DNA of 64,000 nt from a virus. Made by a program: the position numbers and the translations under genes. Below are positions 1 to 10,610 of the stretch, one piece after another. The stretch's first letter is position 1. Every line of letters starts with the position of its first letter. The notes under the pieces are model-generated. The model was not told the origin of the DNA. It worked only from the letters and a program-made list of their open reading frames with translations, and made no database searches. Location of the stretch: IMG/VR virus record IMGVR_UViG_3300040751_004835, positions 27,375 through 91,374 of that record, one strand, 5' to 3'.

Positions 1-1
1 A

Positions 2-1651
2 AGAATTAAATCTGTTTCAGAAGCTGGATGGCCAGACAATCCACTAACATCGGATTTTTCTTCTCCCGTGGTGGTAACGTTCCCAGAGGATCTTTCAACA
101 CAAAGTACCACACAAAGTGTTAGTACTAACCTTAAGGATGAAGCAATACTTGCAATTCAGGAGGATCTTAATGCTAAAGGGATTGATGGTCTTTTAAATC
201 AGCAGGTACAGACCGCAGATAAAACCTACTACCTTGGAACCTCGTCTATTTTAAGCGGATATTATGATAGCTCTGGTAATCCTTTGGATCTTTTCCAAAA
301 ATTGAACGAGCTCCAGGATCAAATTAATTCTCTGCAGGCTACAATTGGTAATGTTACTGGATCGCTAGAGGTTTACGTCGTTAGTGGATCAAATTCTCAG
401 CTTGTTTCGAATGGATCAACAGTCAATCTAAATGCTGGCTATTTTGATCAGATCTACCAGAACGCTTCAACCTCTGATGCAGGTAAGATAGCTTCAACTG
501 TTTACGAGATCAAAATTATTAATACCTCTGCAGGTTTATTAGAACTTTCTTCCATACTACCTGGTGGGTTATCTACTCTTGCTGGTACAAGCTCTACTTA
601 TTCTTTACCGGATGGATATACAACTAATTTAAGATATGGTGAAGTACCAATTTCAGTTACTTCTTTGAGTACCGCTGATATTATACCAACTGGATCAACT
701 GGTGGTGCTAATAACGACTCATTCAAAGAATTTAGACAAGCACCACCATACGCTTCTGGTAATTCTAACAGTCAGTTTATCTACCCAAGGTGGAAGTCAG
801 TAGGCTTTGATGCTCAGCTTTATAATGTACCTGCATCTTTTTCTGCATCTTATGACTATACCGGGGATTCGAGTGGATTGCCAAGAAACGGAAGTCAGCT
901 TTTGCCTTTTGATCCTACCGATTCTTCGGTTCCTACCGCATCAGGAACTGACGCAAATGTTTGGAATGGAACATTTTCTGGTGTGACCGGAAGTTATACT
1001 GGAAATGGAAATGGAACCCTAAGCGAATTCTGTATTCATAAGAATCATCCAGATCTAACAACCGGGTTATCTTTCACAAATCTTGTGAAACCAAACTTCA
1101 GCGGGGGAGTGGTAGTTTACCCTTATTTCAGGCAATCAGACTACTTCCATTTGGATACAACCGTTGTTAACAGCTTCCAGCAACTTGGATATCAGCAAGT
1201 TTCTGTAGATTTTGCCCAGGGTGCAACTGCATCGAGAGAAGATGCCATGTACCCGAATAAGCTTGGGTTTACTGCTAATGACGAGTATTTGATTGGAAGG
1301 TACACGTGTGGATCTTACCTATTCTTAGGTCCACCAACAGCATCTACCATACAAGTTGAGGGATCAACACAGCTGGCCTCAAAATATGTCAAAAGTGGAG
1401 ACAAAAATGCTATCAATATTCCTTTAATATTCCAATTTAGAGCTAATGATAAATTAGGTTATATCGGCGGTTTTAGAGCGGATGGAAACCCAACAAACAT
1501 AACATACACCAAAAAAGCTGGAATAGATATACAGGTAAGAAACCAAAGTCCTTTCTCTTTTGATGTTGTTGTGACTGGAAAGTATAAAAATGATACACTC
1601 TCAGCTCCTAATTTTGCATCTATTGGACAAAATATGGGAGGGGATTTTTAA
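2..1651 (+). CDS. Virion structural protein (baseplate/tail region), 5'-truncated by window edge
   Basis: Frame is open from position 2 (RIKSVSEAGWPDNP...), so the listed start at 68 is not the true start; S/T/G/N-rich, short coiled coil, lies in structural cluster. Confidence 0.6.
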   Translation, partial: RIKSVSEAGWPDNPLTSDFSSPVVVTFPEDLSTQSTTQSVSTNLKDEAILAIQEDLNAKGIDGLLNQQVQTADKTYYLGTSSILSGYYDSSGNPLDLFQKLNELQDQINSLQATIGNVTGSLEVYVVSGSNSQLVSNGSTVNLNAGYFDQIYQNASTSDAGKIASTVYEIKIINTSAGLLELSSILPGGLSTLAGTSSTYSLPDGYTTNLRYGEVPISVTSLSTADIIPTGSTGGANNDSFKEFRQAPPYASGNSNSQFIYPRWKSVGFDAQLYNVPASFSASYDYTGDSSGLPRNGSQLLPFDPTDSSVPTASGTDANVWNGTFSGVTGSYTGNGNGTLSEFCIHKNHPDLTTGLSFTNLVKPNFSGGVVVYPYFRQSDYFHLDTTVVNSFQQLGYQQVSVDFAQGATASREDAMYPNKLGFTANDEYLIGRYTCGSYLFLGPPTASTIQVEGSTQLASKYVKSGDKNAINIPLIFQFRANDKLGYIGGFRADGNPTNITYTKKAGIDIQVRNQSPFSFDVVVTGKYKNDTLSAPNFASIGQNMGGDF

Positions 1652-1678
1652 TTACTAAATAAAGGAATAAAACTTTAG

Positions 1679-4600
1679 ATGGCTTCACCAAAATTATTTG
1701 ATTACAATTCCTCTTTTGGACTTCTAAGAACAAACCCCAAATTAACGGGAAATGTAAAAGTTTCTTTGGATTCATCTGGTGGAGTTTGGCTAAACTCCTT
1801 TAATGCCAATCCAACGCTTAGTTCTGAGAGGTTTAAGAAGTTTCAAGTTACTGGAAAGGATTCTTATGCAACTGATATTTATAACTTTTTTGATAAGGGT
1901 GCTTTAGCTAATGATCTGATATTCCAAGTTGGTGAATTTACTGACGGGAGTTCCAAAGCCCAAGAGGACTTTGAATTTCAGTATGATTTTTTTTATGGAA
2001 GTGGAGCTTCTACCCTGATTGATAAAAATTATACTGAGAATTTCAGATATTTTCAGCCCCTTTGGTTGAGAAACGAGTTGCCTGAATTTTTTGTCATATT
2101 TAAAATACCAGAGCCATTAAGCTATCCATATACTACAAATGTAACTAGGATTAGGGAATCAATTAGTTATAAATTAATTCAAGATCCTGATTCAACGGAG
2201 ACTTTTCAAATAGCATATGGTAAGGACAACTCAGGTCTTGATATTTTATACAAGGCAAATCAAATCTTTGATGGAGTAAATCTTTACAGCACCTATCGTG
2301 TGGTTTCTGGTTCTGGAAAGGTCGTTGAAATGAACGAACTTAAGTTCCAAAATGATGTTGATGACGTCGAGGGATTTTTTAATTCTAAGATTCTACCCCA
2401 TGCAAAAGTAATAGCAACATATGATTTAAGGTCTGAGACTAAGATTGGGCAGTACATCAGGGGTATTGTTAACAATAAAAATTACAAAAAATCCCCGATT
2501 GATTTCTCTTTCCAACAGAATACTTACACATATTACAATGGAGTGAGCATTAAGGATGGTGTTTTTACAGAGAGGGGCGAGCTTCTATATGATTATTTGG
2601 TAAGCCCACAAGCATCTATCCAATCTGATTTTGAAAACTACGTTACTGACGGGTTTCAAAGAAATGGAGTTGTTTGTCCGAATGTGCTGAACATGGAATT
2701 TCTATTTAACGATCCAGATTCAGATTTATATACAATCAACAGATATTTTGGTTTTTATGTCTCCAAAAACGATCTTGGTGAGTTTTTCTTAAATGGCGAT
2801 TATTTTTTCGATTTCAAGAATAGTCCAGACAATTTAAATTTACCAAAGCCGTCTAGAAATAATTTGGGGCATTATGAAGATAATAGACCAAATTTCCAAA
2901 GTAGCACTGGTGGAGTAAGATTGTATTACGAGGGAGCCTCTGGGTGGATTCCCGGTTCGTATGATACCAATGTTAACGATCCACAGAAGCTTTATTACAT
3001 CACAGATAAGAGCGACAATTTTTATTCTCTAAAAAGGTTTGAGAATTATAACAGAACTACTAAAACCTGGGAGAACAATACGCCAGGATATGCTACCTAT
3101 GGTCCTTATGATAATGGTACCTTTGGAGTAACCGGAAATGTAAACCTTCCTACTGGATCCCTTGTAATAGGCAATAAGTCAATCAATCTACAGGCATTCA
3201 CAGGATATGGTGATAAGATTGGGTCAATCAAAGGGATTTTACCAGGTTCAAGGGGAAGAGCAAACATTGGAATTGAATTCTTAATAAACGAGCCATTAAA
3301 CGGAGAGGTAGTCTTTAAGCTATTTTGGCCGAATGGAACAAGATCTGAATCCGCTGGAAGATATGATTTAATTAAAACTGGAGAATTTGGTGGAACCCTT
3401 GTAGGATGGAAAGCCGGATCATCTTATAATATAGGGAACAATCATTATTTCAATGCAATTGACGGAAATACTAAACAGATAGCTTCTGCTTTTTGTGATT
3501 GCGTAAATTCAATAAGTGATGTGGTTTGGAATTCTGCTCCAAGCTCATCCACCTCGGTAATCAGAACCAAAGCTAGTGGTACAAAAGTTAATCGTGAGTA
3601 TAGAGTTGTAATCTACGATGACTATGCAACATTTGAATCTGAATATGTTGGATTATGGAACAACACAAGCGGATATTCTACTGGTGATGTTGTTATGTCA
3701 CAAAACAATTACTACAAAGCTAAAATCAATATCTCGCCATCTACTCCAGGATCTCCTAATGCAGATCCAGCCATAGATACTACTAGCTGGGAAATTTATT
3801 CAACATTTTCTCAATCTGGGTTTGTTAAGATAGGCGGTGTTGATGCATCAACCCTCTCTGGTGCTGTATCATTTAGCGGCGGAACAGATTATGCACTTTC
3901 TAGAGTTTCTTTTGGATCCTCTGAGAAAGATAAGGTTGTTGTTGGTAATTATATTGAGGTCAAGAGTGGAACTGGTGTCACCGGTGGTGCATCAGCGATA
4001 GAAACCGTTACTCCGTATGTTGATGATCCAATTTTTGATGTAAATGGAAAGGTAACTGGGTTTAATGGCTATGATGAATTACTTACCGCAAGTTTAAAAG
4101 ACCAAAAGTCTGTTATTGATCTTGGTACTAGCCAATCTTTTAATCTCTATGAAATGCCAAAGATTAAGACGGGAGTATTCTCTTTCTTTGATATCAAGGA
4201 TTTTGATTTTGATTTTTGGTCTTCCTCCTACGGAGAAACCCCGACTCCCGAATTCCACCGATACTTTCAGTTGATATCCGAAGTAAATGGACAGATCAAA
4301 TCTGGTGTTAAGTATATAGTCCAATCTGGAGAGATCTTAGTTGATAATGGAACTGGGAGTCAAAGGACCTTAACCACTGGTCAAGCTTTTATAGGAACTT
4401 CGGTAAGTTATTTCGAAGATATTGGCTTTAGTAATACTGGTGCTACCTCAATTGTTGTACCTGCAATATTTACACAATCTGGTTGGAAGGATGCTTCATC
4501 ACTATATAAGGGGGTAAAAGCCGAGGAGAACCTCGATTCATTTGATGGATTTTTCGGAATTCAGTCGATTAACGAGACCCAAGCAATTTCTCAAGCTAAC

Positions 4601-7201
4601 ACCAAAGAATATATTTTTAATTACGGAAAGCTAGATACTGAATATGAGTACCTAGAGGAAAACTATACAGCTCCAAGAGCAAATAGATCTAAAATCGTTC
4701 CATTCATAAACAAGTGGGGCTATTTTGGAGGTACTGATGCAAGGGGTCATTCTTATAGATTAAATGCATCTCCTGCGTTTAGCCCAACTAACTTTTCTCC
4801 CAGCTTTGAAAAGGAAATTCCAGATCCAATGTATCTTACCCATGAATGGATGCTTTTGGAAGGAGTTCCTGAAGGATACCCTTCTGATGAAATAGAGGGG
4901 CAAAACAGCTATTTACCGAGCAAGATAGACCTAAGCAAAATTAGGAGTGCAAATCCTGATGATGCTTTATATTTTTCTTCTTTCCTCACGGTTGAGCCAG
5001 CAGACTATTCTAGCCCTTATAATATTTCTGGAAACACAACAAAGGAGCTATTCACCCCATTTGTCTACAACAGGTCTACTGGATTTTATGATACTGTTTT
5101 TAGAGGGGCTAAGATATCGCTAAGAAGAAGGAGTACTGTTGCTAACCCTCAAAGTGCCCTTGAAAAATATGTTCCTAATTACAGAGGGTTTGAGGACTAT
5201 AAATTTGCTTCAATCTTAAGGGTTGAAGTCGAGACAACCAATACCATTCAATCTCCTGTTAGTTATGAGATAATCGAAAACACCCAACAAAAGTGTGTTC
5301 TTTTTGTCTGTACAGTAGTTATCAAAGATTATCGAGCATTCCCTCTAGGATATACTGGTGGGACTGGTAGTAGTCCCTATTTAGATTATACACTGCTTTA
5401 CAGTCTTAGTGATAAAAAGAGGGATTCTGGAGTAGGAACAACTGGGTCTACTGGAGCAACTGGATCTCCACTATATGAAATTGATGACATCAAACTTAGT
5501 GCTGCACTCGACTTGTCCATCTCTTCTAGTAGTTCAGTTACTGAATTTACTAATCCTGGTTTTATCTATACTATTCCAAATTCAGAATATGATACAGACT
5601 TAAGGGAAGAGATTAATACGATTTATCCTGTTGGTGGAACTGGATCTCTATCCCCCACAGGTAAGGGAAGCTTCAGCGTTCCTGCTATTTCCTCAACTTA
5701 CCCTTGGCCTATTGGAAGATCTAAAAATTTAGCATCTTTTGGTCCAGTTGGTACTAATTATACATTTACAATACCTTTTGCATTTAGCTCTCCTGTTACT
5801 GTACCTGTTGGACCTAAAAGTGCTTACCAAGGAAATCCAGTATTTCAGGTAGAGGGAGGTGAGAAATACTTTGATTTTATCATGAGGAGGATTTCTCTAT
5901 CACAGATTTCTGATAGGGTAAATAACGAAAGCCCCTTTATCAAATATCGAACATATTCTTGGGACGAAGAGACTCAAACTACCGAGGTACGAAATGATTA
6001 CTTCCAATTCTATATGCAAAAGCCAACTGCTCTTTTCCGAAGTAATGGGACATTCCCGGTAGCCGACTATTCAGGACCTCAGACTCTAGGTCAGAACCAA
6101 CCTACCGGATATCAGATTAACGTGGGCTCAAATTATGCTGCAGACATTTTAAGATATGCTGGTAAATACGAGCCATTGTTCAAGAAGGTAATGAGGTATA
6201 AAAACGATAAAACGGATACCATTACCGGATTTACCTCAGCAGATTTGAGTTACCGTAATTGTACCTTTGCTCCAGAAAAATCTGAGTTTGGTAAGCTAAA
6301 AAATCTAAATTATAGTAAGGTTTCACTGGGAAGAAACATTCTAGAGAAATCTGACAATTTACCCCTAGGTCCAGTTTATCCCCTAGTTGGTGAAACCCCT
6401 ATTGCGAAAAAAGATTTTTCTGTATTTCTTTCTACTTGGGATCCTGGTTATTTCAATCTTTTCACATCTGCTACACAGAATTCGTCAGTTGCTGGTACTA
6501 GATCAATGAGGGAAAACAAGTCTTTCTTTGGATCTAAGATGATGCAAACCCCTTATACGATAACATCATATACATTTATCACTTTGGAGGTAAATAGGAA
6601 TAGTGGAGAAACTGATATCCAGAAAATTAACGCGGCAGCTACCAGGGCACTTCAGCAGATACAGAGTATTACCCCACAAACATCAAACACTGGTATAGGT
6701 CAGTTGGGAACAGTTCTTTCGAGTGTAGACTTACCAGCATTCGATGAAGGAATTTATCCAGATGTTGAGGTTTTCTGGCAAAAGGACACACAAACAAATA
6801 AGCTTTATGGGTCAATTAGGCTTGATAGAATTTTAAGAAGATTCCTATTGAACTCTGGGATAAGCAAGGTATTCGTTGAAAATATAATTAGCGAATTTGG
6901 TGTTGGTGATCCTGAAAACATAAATGACGATATCAAAACCTATATTGATAAAAACATAGTGCCTATCTATCAGGGGATAACCTTTGATCTCTTTGTTAAA
7001 AAGACCGGTACTGATTTAAGTGCTACAGAGATACTACTCAGAGGTGATTTAGTAAGTCCAGATAGGATTAGATATTCGTATTATCAAGAACCAAACTATA
7101 AGCTTACAAAAAGAAATGCACTGTCATACTCTTTTGAACTCCCAATGGAAAGCGGGAAAAACTACTCCACTACATTTACTTTCCAGATAGAAAAAATATA
7201 G
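1679..7201 (+). CDS. Large virion structural protein (baseplate/tail) with a CBM5/12-like module
   Basis: 1840 aa; internal WNNTSGYSTGDVVMSQNNYYKAK...SWE resembles a CBM5/12 repeat; several GxTG motifs; structural context. Confidence 0.6.
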   Translation: MASPKLFDYNSSFGLLRTNPKLTGNVKVSLDSSGGVWLNSFNANPTLSSERFKKFQVTGKDSYATDIYNFFDKGALANDLIFQVGEFTDGSSKAQEDFEFQYDFFYGSGASTLIDKNYTENFRYFQPLWLRNELPEFFVIFKIPEPLSYPYTTNVTRIRESISYKLIQDPDSTETFQIAYGKDNSGLDILYKANQIFDGVNLYSTYRVVSGSGKVVEMNELKFQNDVDDVEGFFNSKILPHAKVIATYDLRSETKIGQYIRGIVNNKNYKKSPIDFSFQQNTYTYYNGVSIKDGVFTERGELLYDYLVSPQASIQSDFENYVTDGFQRNGVVCPNVLNMEFLFNDPDSDLYTINRYFGFYVSKNDLGEFFLNGDYFFDFKNSPDNLNLPKPSRNNLGHYEDNRPNFQSSTGGVRLYYEGASGWIPGSYDTNVNDPQKLYYITDKSDNFYSLKRFENYNRTTKTWENNTPGYATYGPYDNGTFGVTGNVNLPTGSLVIGNKSINLQAFTGYGDKIGSIKGILPGSRGRANIGIEFLINEPLNGEVVFKLFWPNGTRSESAGRYDLIKTGEFGGTLVGWKAGSSYNIGNNHYFNAIDGNTKQIASAFCDCVNSISDVVWNSAPSSSTSVIRTKASGTKVNREYRVVIYDDYATFESEYVGLWNNTSGYSTGDVVMSQNNYYKAKINISPSTPGSPNADPAIDTTSWEIYSTFSQSGFVKIGGVDASTLSGAVSFSGGTDYALSRVSFGSSEKDKVVVGNYIEVKSGTGVTGGASAIETVTPYVDDPIFDVNGKVTGFNGYDELLTASLKDQKSVIDLGTSQSFNLYEMPKIKTGVFSFFDIKDFDFDFWSSSYGETPTPEFHRYFQLISEVNGQIKSGVKYIVQSGEILVDNGTGSQRTLTTGQAFIGTSVSYFEDIGFSNTGATSIVVPAIFTQSGWKDASSLYKGVKAEENLDSFDGFFGIQSINETQAISQANTKEYIFNYGKLDTEYEYLEENYTAPRANRSKIVPFINKWGYFGGTDARGHSYRLNASPAFSPTNFSPSFEKEIPDPMYLTHEWMLLEGVPEGYPSDEIEGQNSYLPSKIDLSKIRSANPDDALYFSSFLTVEPADYSSPYNISGNTTKELFTPFVYNRSTGFYDTVFRGAKISLRRRSTVANPQSALEKYVPNYRGFEDYKFASILRVEVETTNTIQSPVSYEIIENTQQKCVLFVCTVVIKDYRAFPLGYTGGTGSSPYLDYTLLYSLSDKKRDSGVGTTGSTGATGSPLYEIDDIKLSAALDLSISSSSSVTEFTNPGFIYTIPNSEYDTDLREEINTIYPVGGTGSLSPTGKGSFSVPAISSTYPWPIGRSKNLASFGPVGTNYTFTIPFAFSSPVTVPVGPKSAYQGNPVFQVEGGEKYFDFIMRRISLSQISDRVNNESPFIKYRTYSWDEETQTTEVRNDYFQFYMQKPTALFRSNGTFPVADYSGPQTLGQNQPTGYQINVGSNYAADILRYAGKYEPLFKKVMRYKNDKTDTITGFTSADLSYRNCTFAPEKSEFGKLKNLNYSKVSLGRNILEKSDNLPLGPVYPLVGETPIAKKDFSVFLSTWDPGYFNLFTSATQNSSVAGTRSMRENKSFFGSKMMQTPYTITSYTFITLEVNRNSGETDIQKINAAATRALQQIQSITPQTSNTGIGQLGTVLSSVDLPAFDEGIYPDVEVFWQKDTQTNKLYGSIRLDRILRRFLLNSGISKVFVENIISEFGVGDPENINDDIKTYIDKNIVPIYQGITFDLFVKKTGTDLSATEILLRGDLVSPDRIRYSYYQEPNYKLTKRNALSYSFELPMESGKNYSTTFTFQIEKI

Positions 7202-7245
7202 GGATTAGAAGTTAAGGAATATATAAACAAAGATAAGAGAAGAAA

Positions 7246-8739
7246 ATGCCGAATCTGAACATAAAAGCTTTAAACGCCGGCGACAACCAGCAATCCATAA
7301 GGGAGAAAGTAAATTCTAACTTTGATGCTATTGTAGCTTCTGGCGGTGGCCCTCAAGGACAACAGGGAGCCCAAGGAGAGCAAGGACCGATTGGACCTGC
7401 TGGTCCTAAGGGTGATCCTGGACAAGAAGGCTTAAGAGGTACTAAGTGGTTTGTTCAGGGAGCTGAGCCAACTGGGGGAGCTAGCGACCCAATAAGGGTT
7501 GGAGATTATTGGGTTCAGACTTTGGCTAACAACTCTATTTTTGAGTATACTAGTGCTGGCTGGGTTGATACTGGGCAAAACCTGAAAGCATCAGAGGTTT
7601 TTGAAGTAGTATCTGGAGTTTCTGGTCCAACTGGAAGTAAGGATGCTATTGTTATCAGCAGCCCCTTCCCTGAACTCAATACCCTTGTACTTAGCGATTC
7701 TGCTGCGGCAACTTCAACCATAAACCCGACTTATGCTAAGTTTCTGATTTCTTCAAACGGTAGCAACGACTATCCGATTATGGAGTTTTCTAAAACCAAT
7801 GTAAGTGGAATTGGAACACCAGCAGATTATAATAGACACCCACAGTTTAGATGGTTAGATCCCTCTGGTTCTAATTATGATCTATTATTCTCGGTTCCAC
7901 AGGATGACCTTTCTATTACCTCAGGAGGAAGTATGCTTATACAGTCTACCTCATCAACACTGGATATATCTGGTAATGGTGGTCTGACCATGACTTCTGG
8001 TTCGAACATGAACGTGACCTCTACGGGTAATATGTCATTTTCGTCTGGGTCTTCACTAATGACTTTCTCATCTCAGAAATTTACACTTTCCAGTAGTTCA
8101 TTAGCCCTCTCGGTTCCGTTGAATATTACAGGAGTAACAAGTCAGTCCCCACTATTAAGCCTTCTTAGCTCTGGAAGTGGTGATACATTGAAAGTTCAAT
8201 CTACATCCTCGTCTTCTTCTTACTATCTTCTAAGGCTATTAAGTGCAAGCACAGAAAGATTTAGTGTTAGAAATGATGGTAAAGTAACATTCCAAAGACA
8301 AGTTAATGCTACTAATAATTCAAGCTCAACTGCATCATATAGTGCTAGTTTAAGTGGAACCCCTTGGGCATTTTGGTGTCATGGTCCTGCATCTGGTACC
8401 CAAAGTAGCGTTGTTAATGTTTATGATTTTGGAGCTGGAAATAACATATATGCAAACTGGACAACTTCTTCGAACCGGGGTATACTTATCAATCATTCTA
8501 GTGGTTCCTCACTAACTTGGGAAAGCTGGCTTTCCAATAATGAATCAATCACCCTAAACTACTATGCAGTAAGCGGTAAGGAAATTGAGGGGATAGCATC
8601 CATGAACGGTGCACCACCTTCATCGGTAAGTGTTTTCTCAACATCTGCTTCTTATGTACAGGTTACTATAATGAAAGTTGGATCTACTGCGAAGTGTTAT
8701 TGGTCTACATGTGCTGGAGAATGTGGAGTTTTATTCTAA
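7246..8739 (+). CDS. Collagen-repeat tail fibre-like protein
   Basis: GDNQQSIREKVNSNF fibre-type N-terminus, Gly-X-Y run GPQGQQGAQGEQGPIGPAGPKGDPGQEGLRG, Ser-rich beta repeats. Confidence 0.75.
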   Translation: MPNLNIKALNAGDNQQSIREKVNSNFDAIVASGGGPQGQQGAQGEQGPIGPAGPKGDPGQEGLRGTKWFVQGAEPTGGASDPIRVGDYWVQTLANNSIFEYTSAGWVDTGQNLKASEVFEVVSGVSGPTGSKDAIVISSPFPELNTLVLSDSAAATSTINPTYAKFLISSNGSNDYPIMEFSKTNVSGIGTPADYNRHPQFRWLDPSGSNYDLLFSVPQDDLSITSGGSMLIQSTSSTLDISGNGGLTMTSGSNMNVTSTGNMSFSSGSSLMTFSSQKFTLSSSSLALSVPLNITGVTSQSPLLSLLSSGSGDTLKVQSTSSSSSYYLLRLLSASTERFSVRNDGKVTFQRQVNATNNSSSTASYSASLSGTPWAFWCHGPASGTQSSVVNVYDFGAGNNIYANWTTSSNRGILINHSSGSSLTWESWLSNNESITLNYYAVSGKEIEGIASMNGAPPSSVSVFSTSASYVQVTIMKVGSTAKCYWSTCAGECGVLF

Positions 8740-8747
8740 TATAGGAG

Positions 8748-10331
8748 ATGGCAGATTTTAACACAAAATACATATTACCGGGAGATGACAAGGATACCAT
8801 CATCAATAAGATAAATCACAACTTTTATCAAGTATTTTTCAATGGTGTTGGTGAAAGGGGTCCTGTTGGCTACGTTGGTGCTACGGGTATTAGAGGTCAA
8901 GCTGGGAGAGATGGTGAAGCAGGTGCAACTGGCGAAAGAGCTGCTGATTGGTTTTTCTCCTCTACCGAACCAAGTGATTCTGAATCTCAAAATGGTGATA
9001 TTTGGATTAACATAGGGGTTACTGGAGGCCAGCAGGTTTACGTTTATACCTCAGGATCTTGGGTCAATACTGGACAAACACTTCTTTCTTCCGGTGTATT
9101 CTCTACAATAACTGGTGTTTCCGGTCCTGGTAATTCCACTTCAAATAATGCCATTTACATTAATGGAAGTCAGGGAGATAAAACTTTTGTTTTATCAGAT
9201 TCGGTTGGTGCAACATCGTCTATGAACCCTAACCTTTCTAAGGTAATAGTTTCAACAGATACCTCTCAAACTTCTGATTTTCCTATAGTTGGTTTTGCAA
9301 AGACTTTTTTAACTCAGACTCCTGGTGGAATAGTTTCTATGAAGTGGTCCCAAACAGGAAGCTCTTATGACCATAAATGGAACTTTCCCGGAGAAACTAG
9401 AATCCAAAGTGGACTTTCTTCCACTTATTCTGCCACGGGAGGAACGATGACACTTTCGGCTCCGAATCAGAATTTGAATGTTTCCTCTAGATCGACTGCT
9501 AGCTTTACTGCAGCAACGGGAGGTACTGGTACTTTTTCTTTTTCAACTCCTGGAATTTTTAGTTTTTCCTCTAGTTATGCAAACTTATCTGCTTCATCTT
9601 TTGATGTAACTATAAGTAATCCTGGCTCAACTGGATATATTGCTGCTACTGTTTCTCCATATACTCCTTTGGCGTCTTTGTCTGGCTCAGGAAATGGTGT
9701 AAACATCACTGCAGCATCAGAAACTTCAGACGAATTGCTTCAGGTATTAAGTACGACGGGTAAGGACTTTATTAAATCTGAAAGGACAAATAGATTTTCC
9801 ATCGGTGGAGCTAATGGAGCTACTGGTGCATATAAGGTCAAAGGTATAACTAATACCACCCAAAATCTCTTATCTGATGGAGTAGACTACTATGTAAATT
9901 GTGGAAATCCAACAAACGATGTTTGTGTCATTACTCCAGGTCCACTTTATTCAGGTAGTCCAAGTGCTAACGGAAAAGCTAACCGTGTCCTGCTGAATGT
10001 TGGTAGCAATTTTTCTTGGGCAGCGGGACTTTTAAATTCTGGTGAAAGCAGAACCTTCGATTTCTTTATGAATTCTTCAACATTTTCCTTTGGTGGAATA
10101 AGAGTGGTTAAATCCGGAATACCTGGTGTGGGCAAAGAATATATTAACGACAATACAGCAGGTGAAGATGGGTGTCAGCACATACGTTTAACTTTTTTCC
10201 CAGTAACACTCACTGCAAAATTCCACTACGAGGCTTTTTCAGACGATCACTACGAGTGTGGCTGGGAAACTTATACCATAGCGGTAACGACAGCTGGTGG
10301 AGGCGGAGGCGGAGGCTTTTTAGGTCTCTAA
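8748..10331 (+). CDS. Collagen-repeat tail fibre-like protein, paralog of 7246..8739
   Basis: GDDKDTIINKINHNF, Gly-X-Y run GERGPVGYVGATGIRGQAGRDGEAGATGER; colinear blocks shared with the upstream gene. Confidence 0.75.
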   Translation: MADFNTKYILPGDDKDTIINKINHNFYQVFFNGVGERGPVGYVGATGIRGQAGRDGEAGATGERAADWFFSSTEPSDSESQNGDIWINIGVTGGQQVYVYTSGSWVNTGQTLLSSGVFSTITGVSGPGNSTSNNAIYINGSQGDKTFVLSDSVGATSSMNPNLSKVIVSTDTSQTSDFPIVGFAKTFLTQTPGGIVSMKWSQTGSSYDHKWNFPGETRIQSGLSSTYSATGGTMTLSAPNQNLNVSSRSTASFTAATGGTGTFSFSTPGIFSFSSSYANLSASSFDVTISNPGSTGYIAATVSPYTPLASLSGSGNGVNITAASETSDELLQVLSTTGKDFIKSERTNRFSIGGANGATGAYKVKGITNTTQNLLSDGVDYYVNCGNPTNDVCVITPGPLYSGSPSANGKANRVLLNVGSNFSWAAGLLNSGESRTFDFFMNSSTFSFGGIRVVKSGIPGVGKEYINDNTAGEDGCQHIRLTFFPVTLTAKFHYEAFSDDHYECGWETYTIAVTTAGGGGGGGFLGL

Positions 10332-10373
10332 TAAGAAATTTTGTGATACATAAACTTAGATAAATATACAGTA

Positions 10374-10610
10374 ATGGAACTTACAAAGAAAGAGAAAAAT
10401 AAAGCCAATTCATTGAAGGACCAGTTTTCCTCGGTTAGAGGTGAAATTGAATCAGTACAGGCTGAGATGGATCTGCTAACTCAGAAAGCTGGTACATTGA
10501 TCAAGGAACTTGAAAATTTGAGGGACCAAGAAGCACAGTTTATAACTGGACTTAAGAACAAATATGGTGAGGGAACACTCGATCCATTCAAACTAATCTA
10601 TATGAAATGA
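10374..10610 (+). CDS. Small coiled-coil hypothetical protein
   Basis: Heptad-rich 78 aa ending KYGEGTLD; preceded by GATAAATA. Confidence 0.6.
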   Translation: MELTKKEKNKANSLKDQFSSVRGEIESVQAEMDLLTQKAGTLIKELENLRDQEAQFITGLKNKYGEGTLDPFKLIYMK

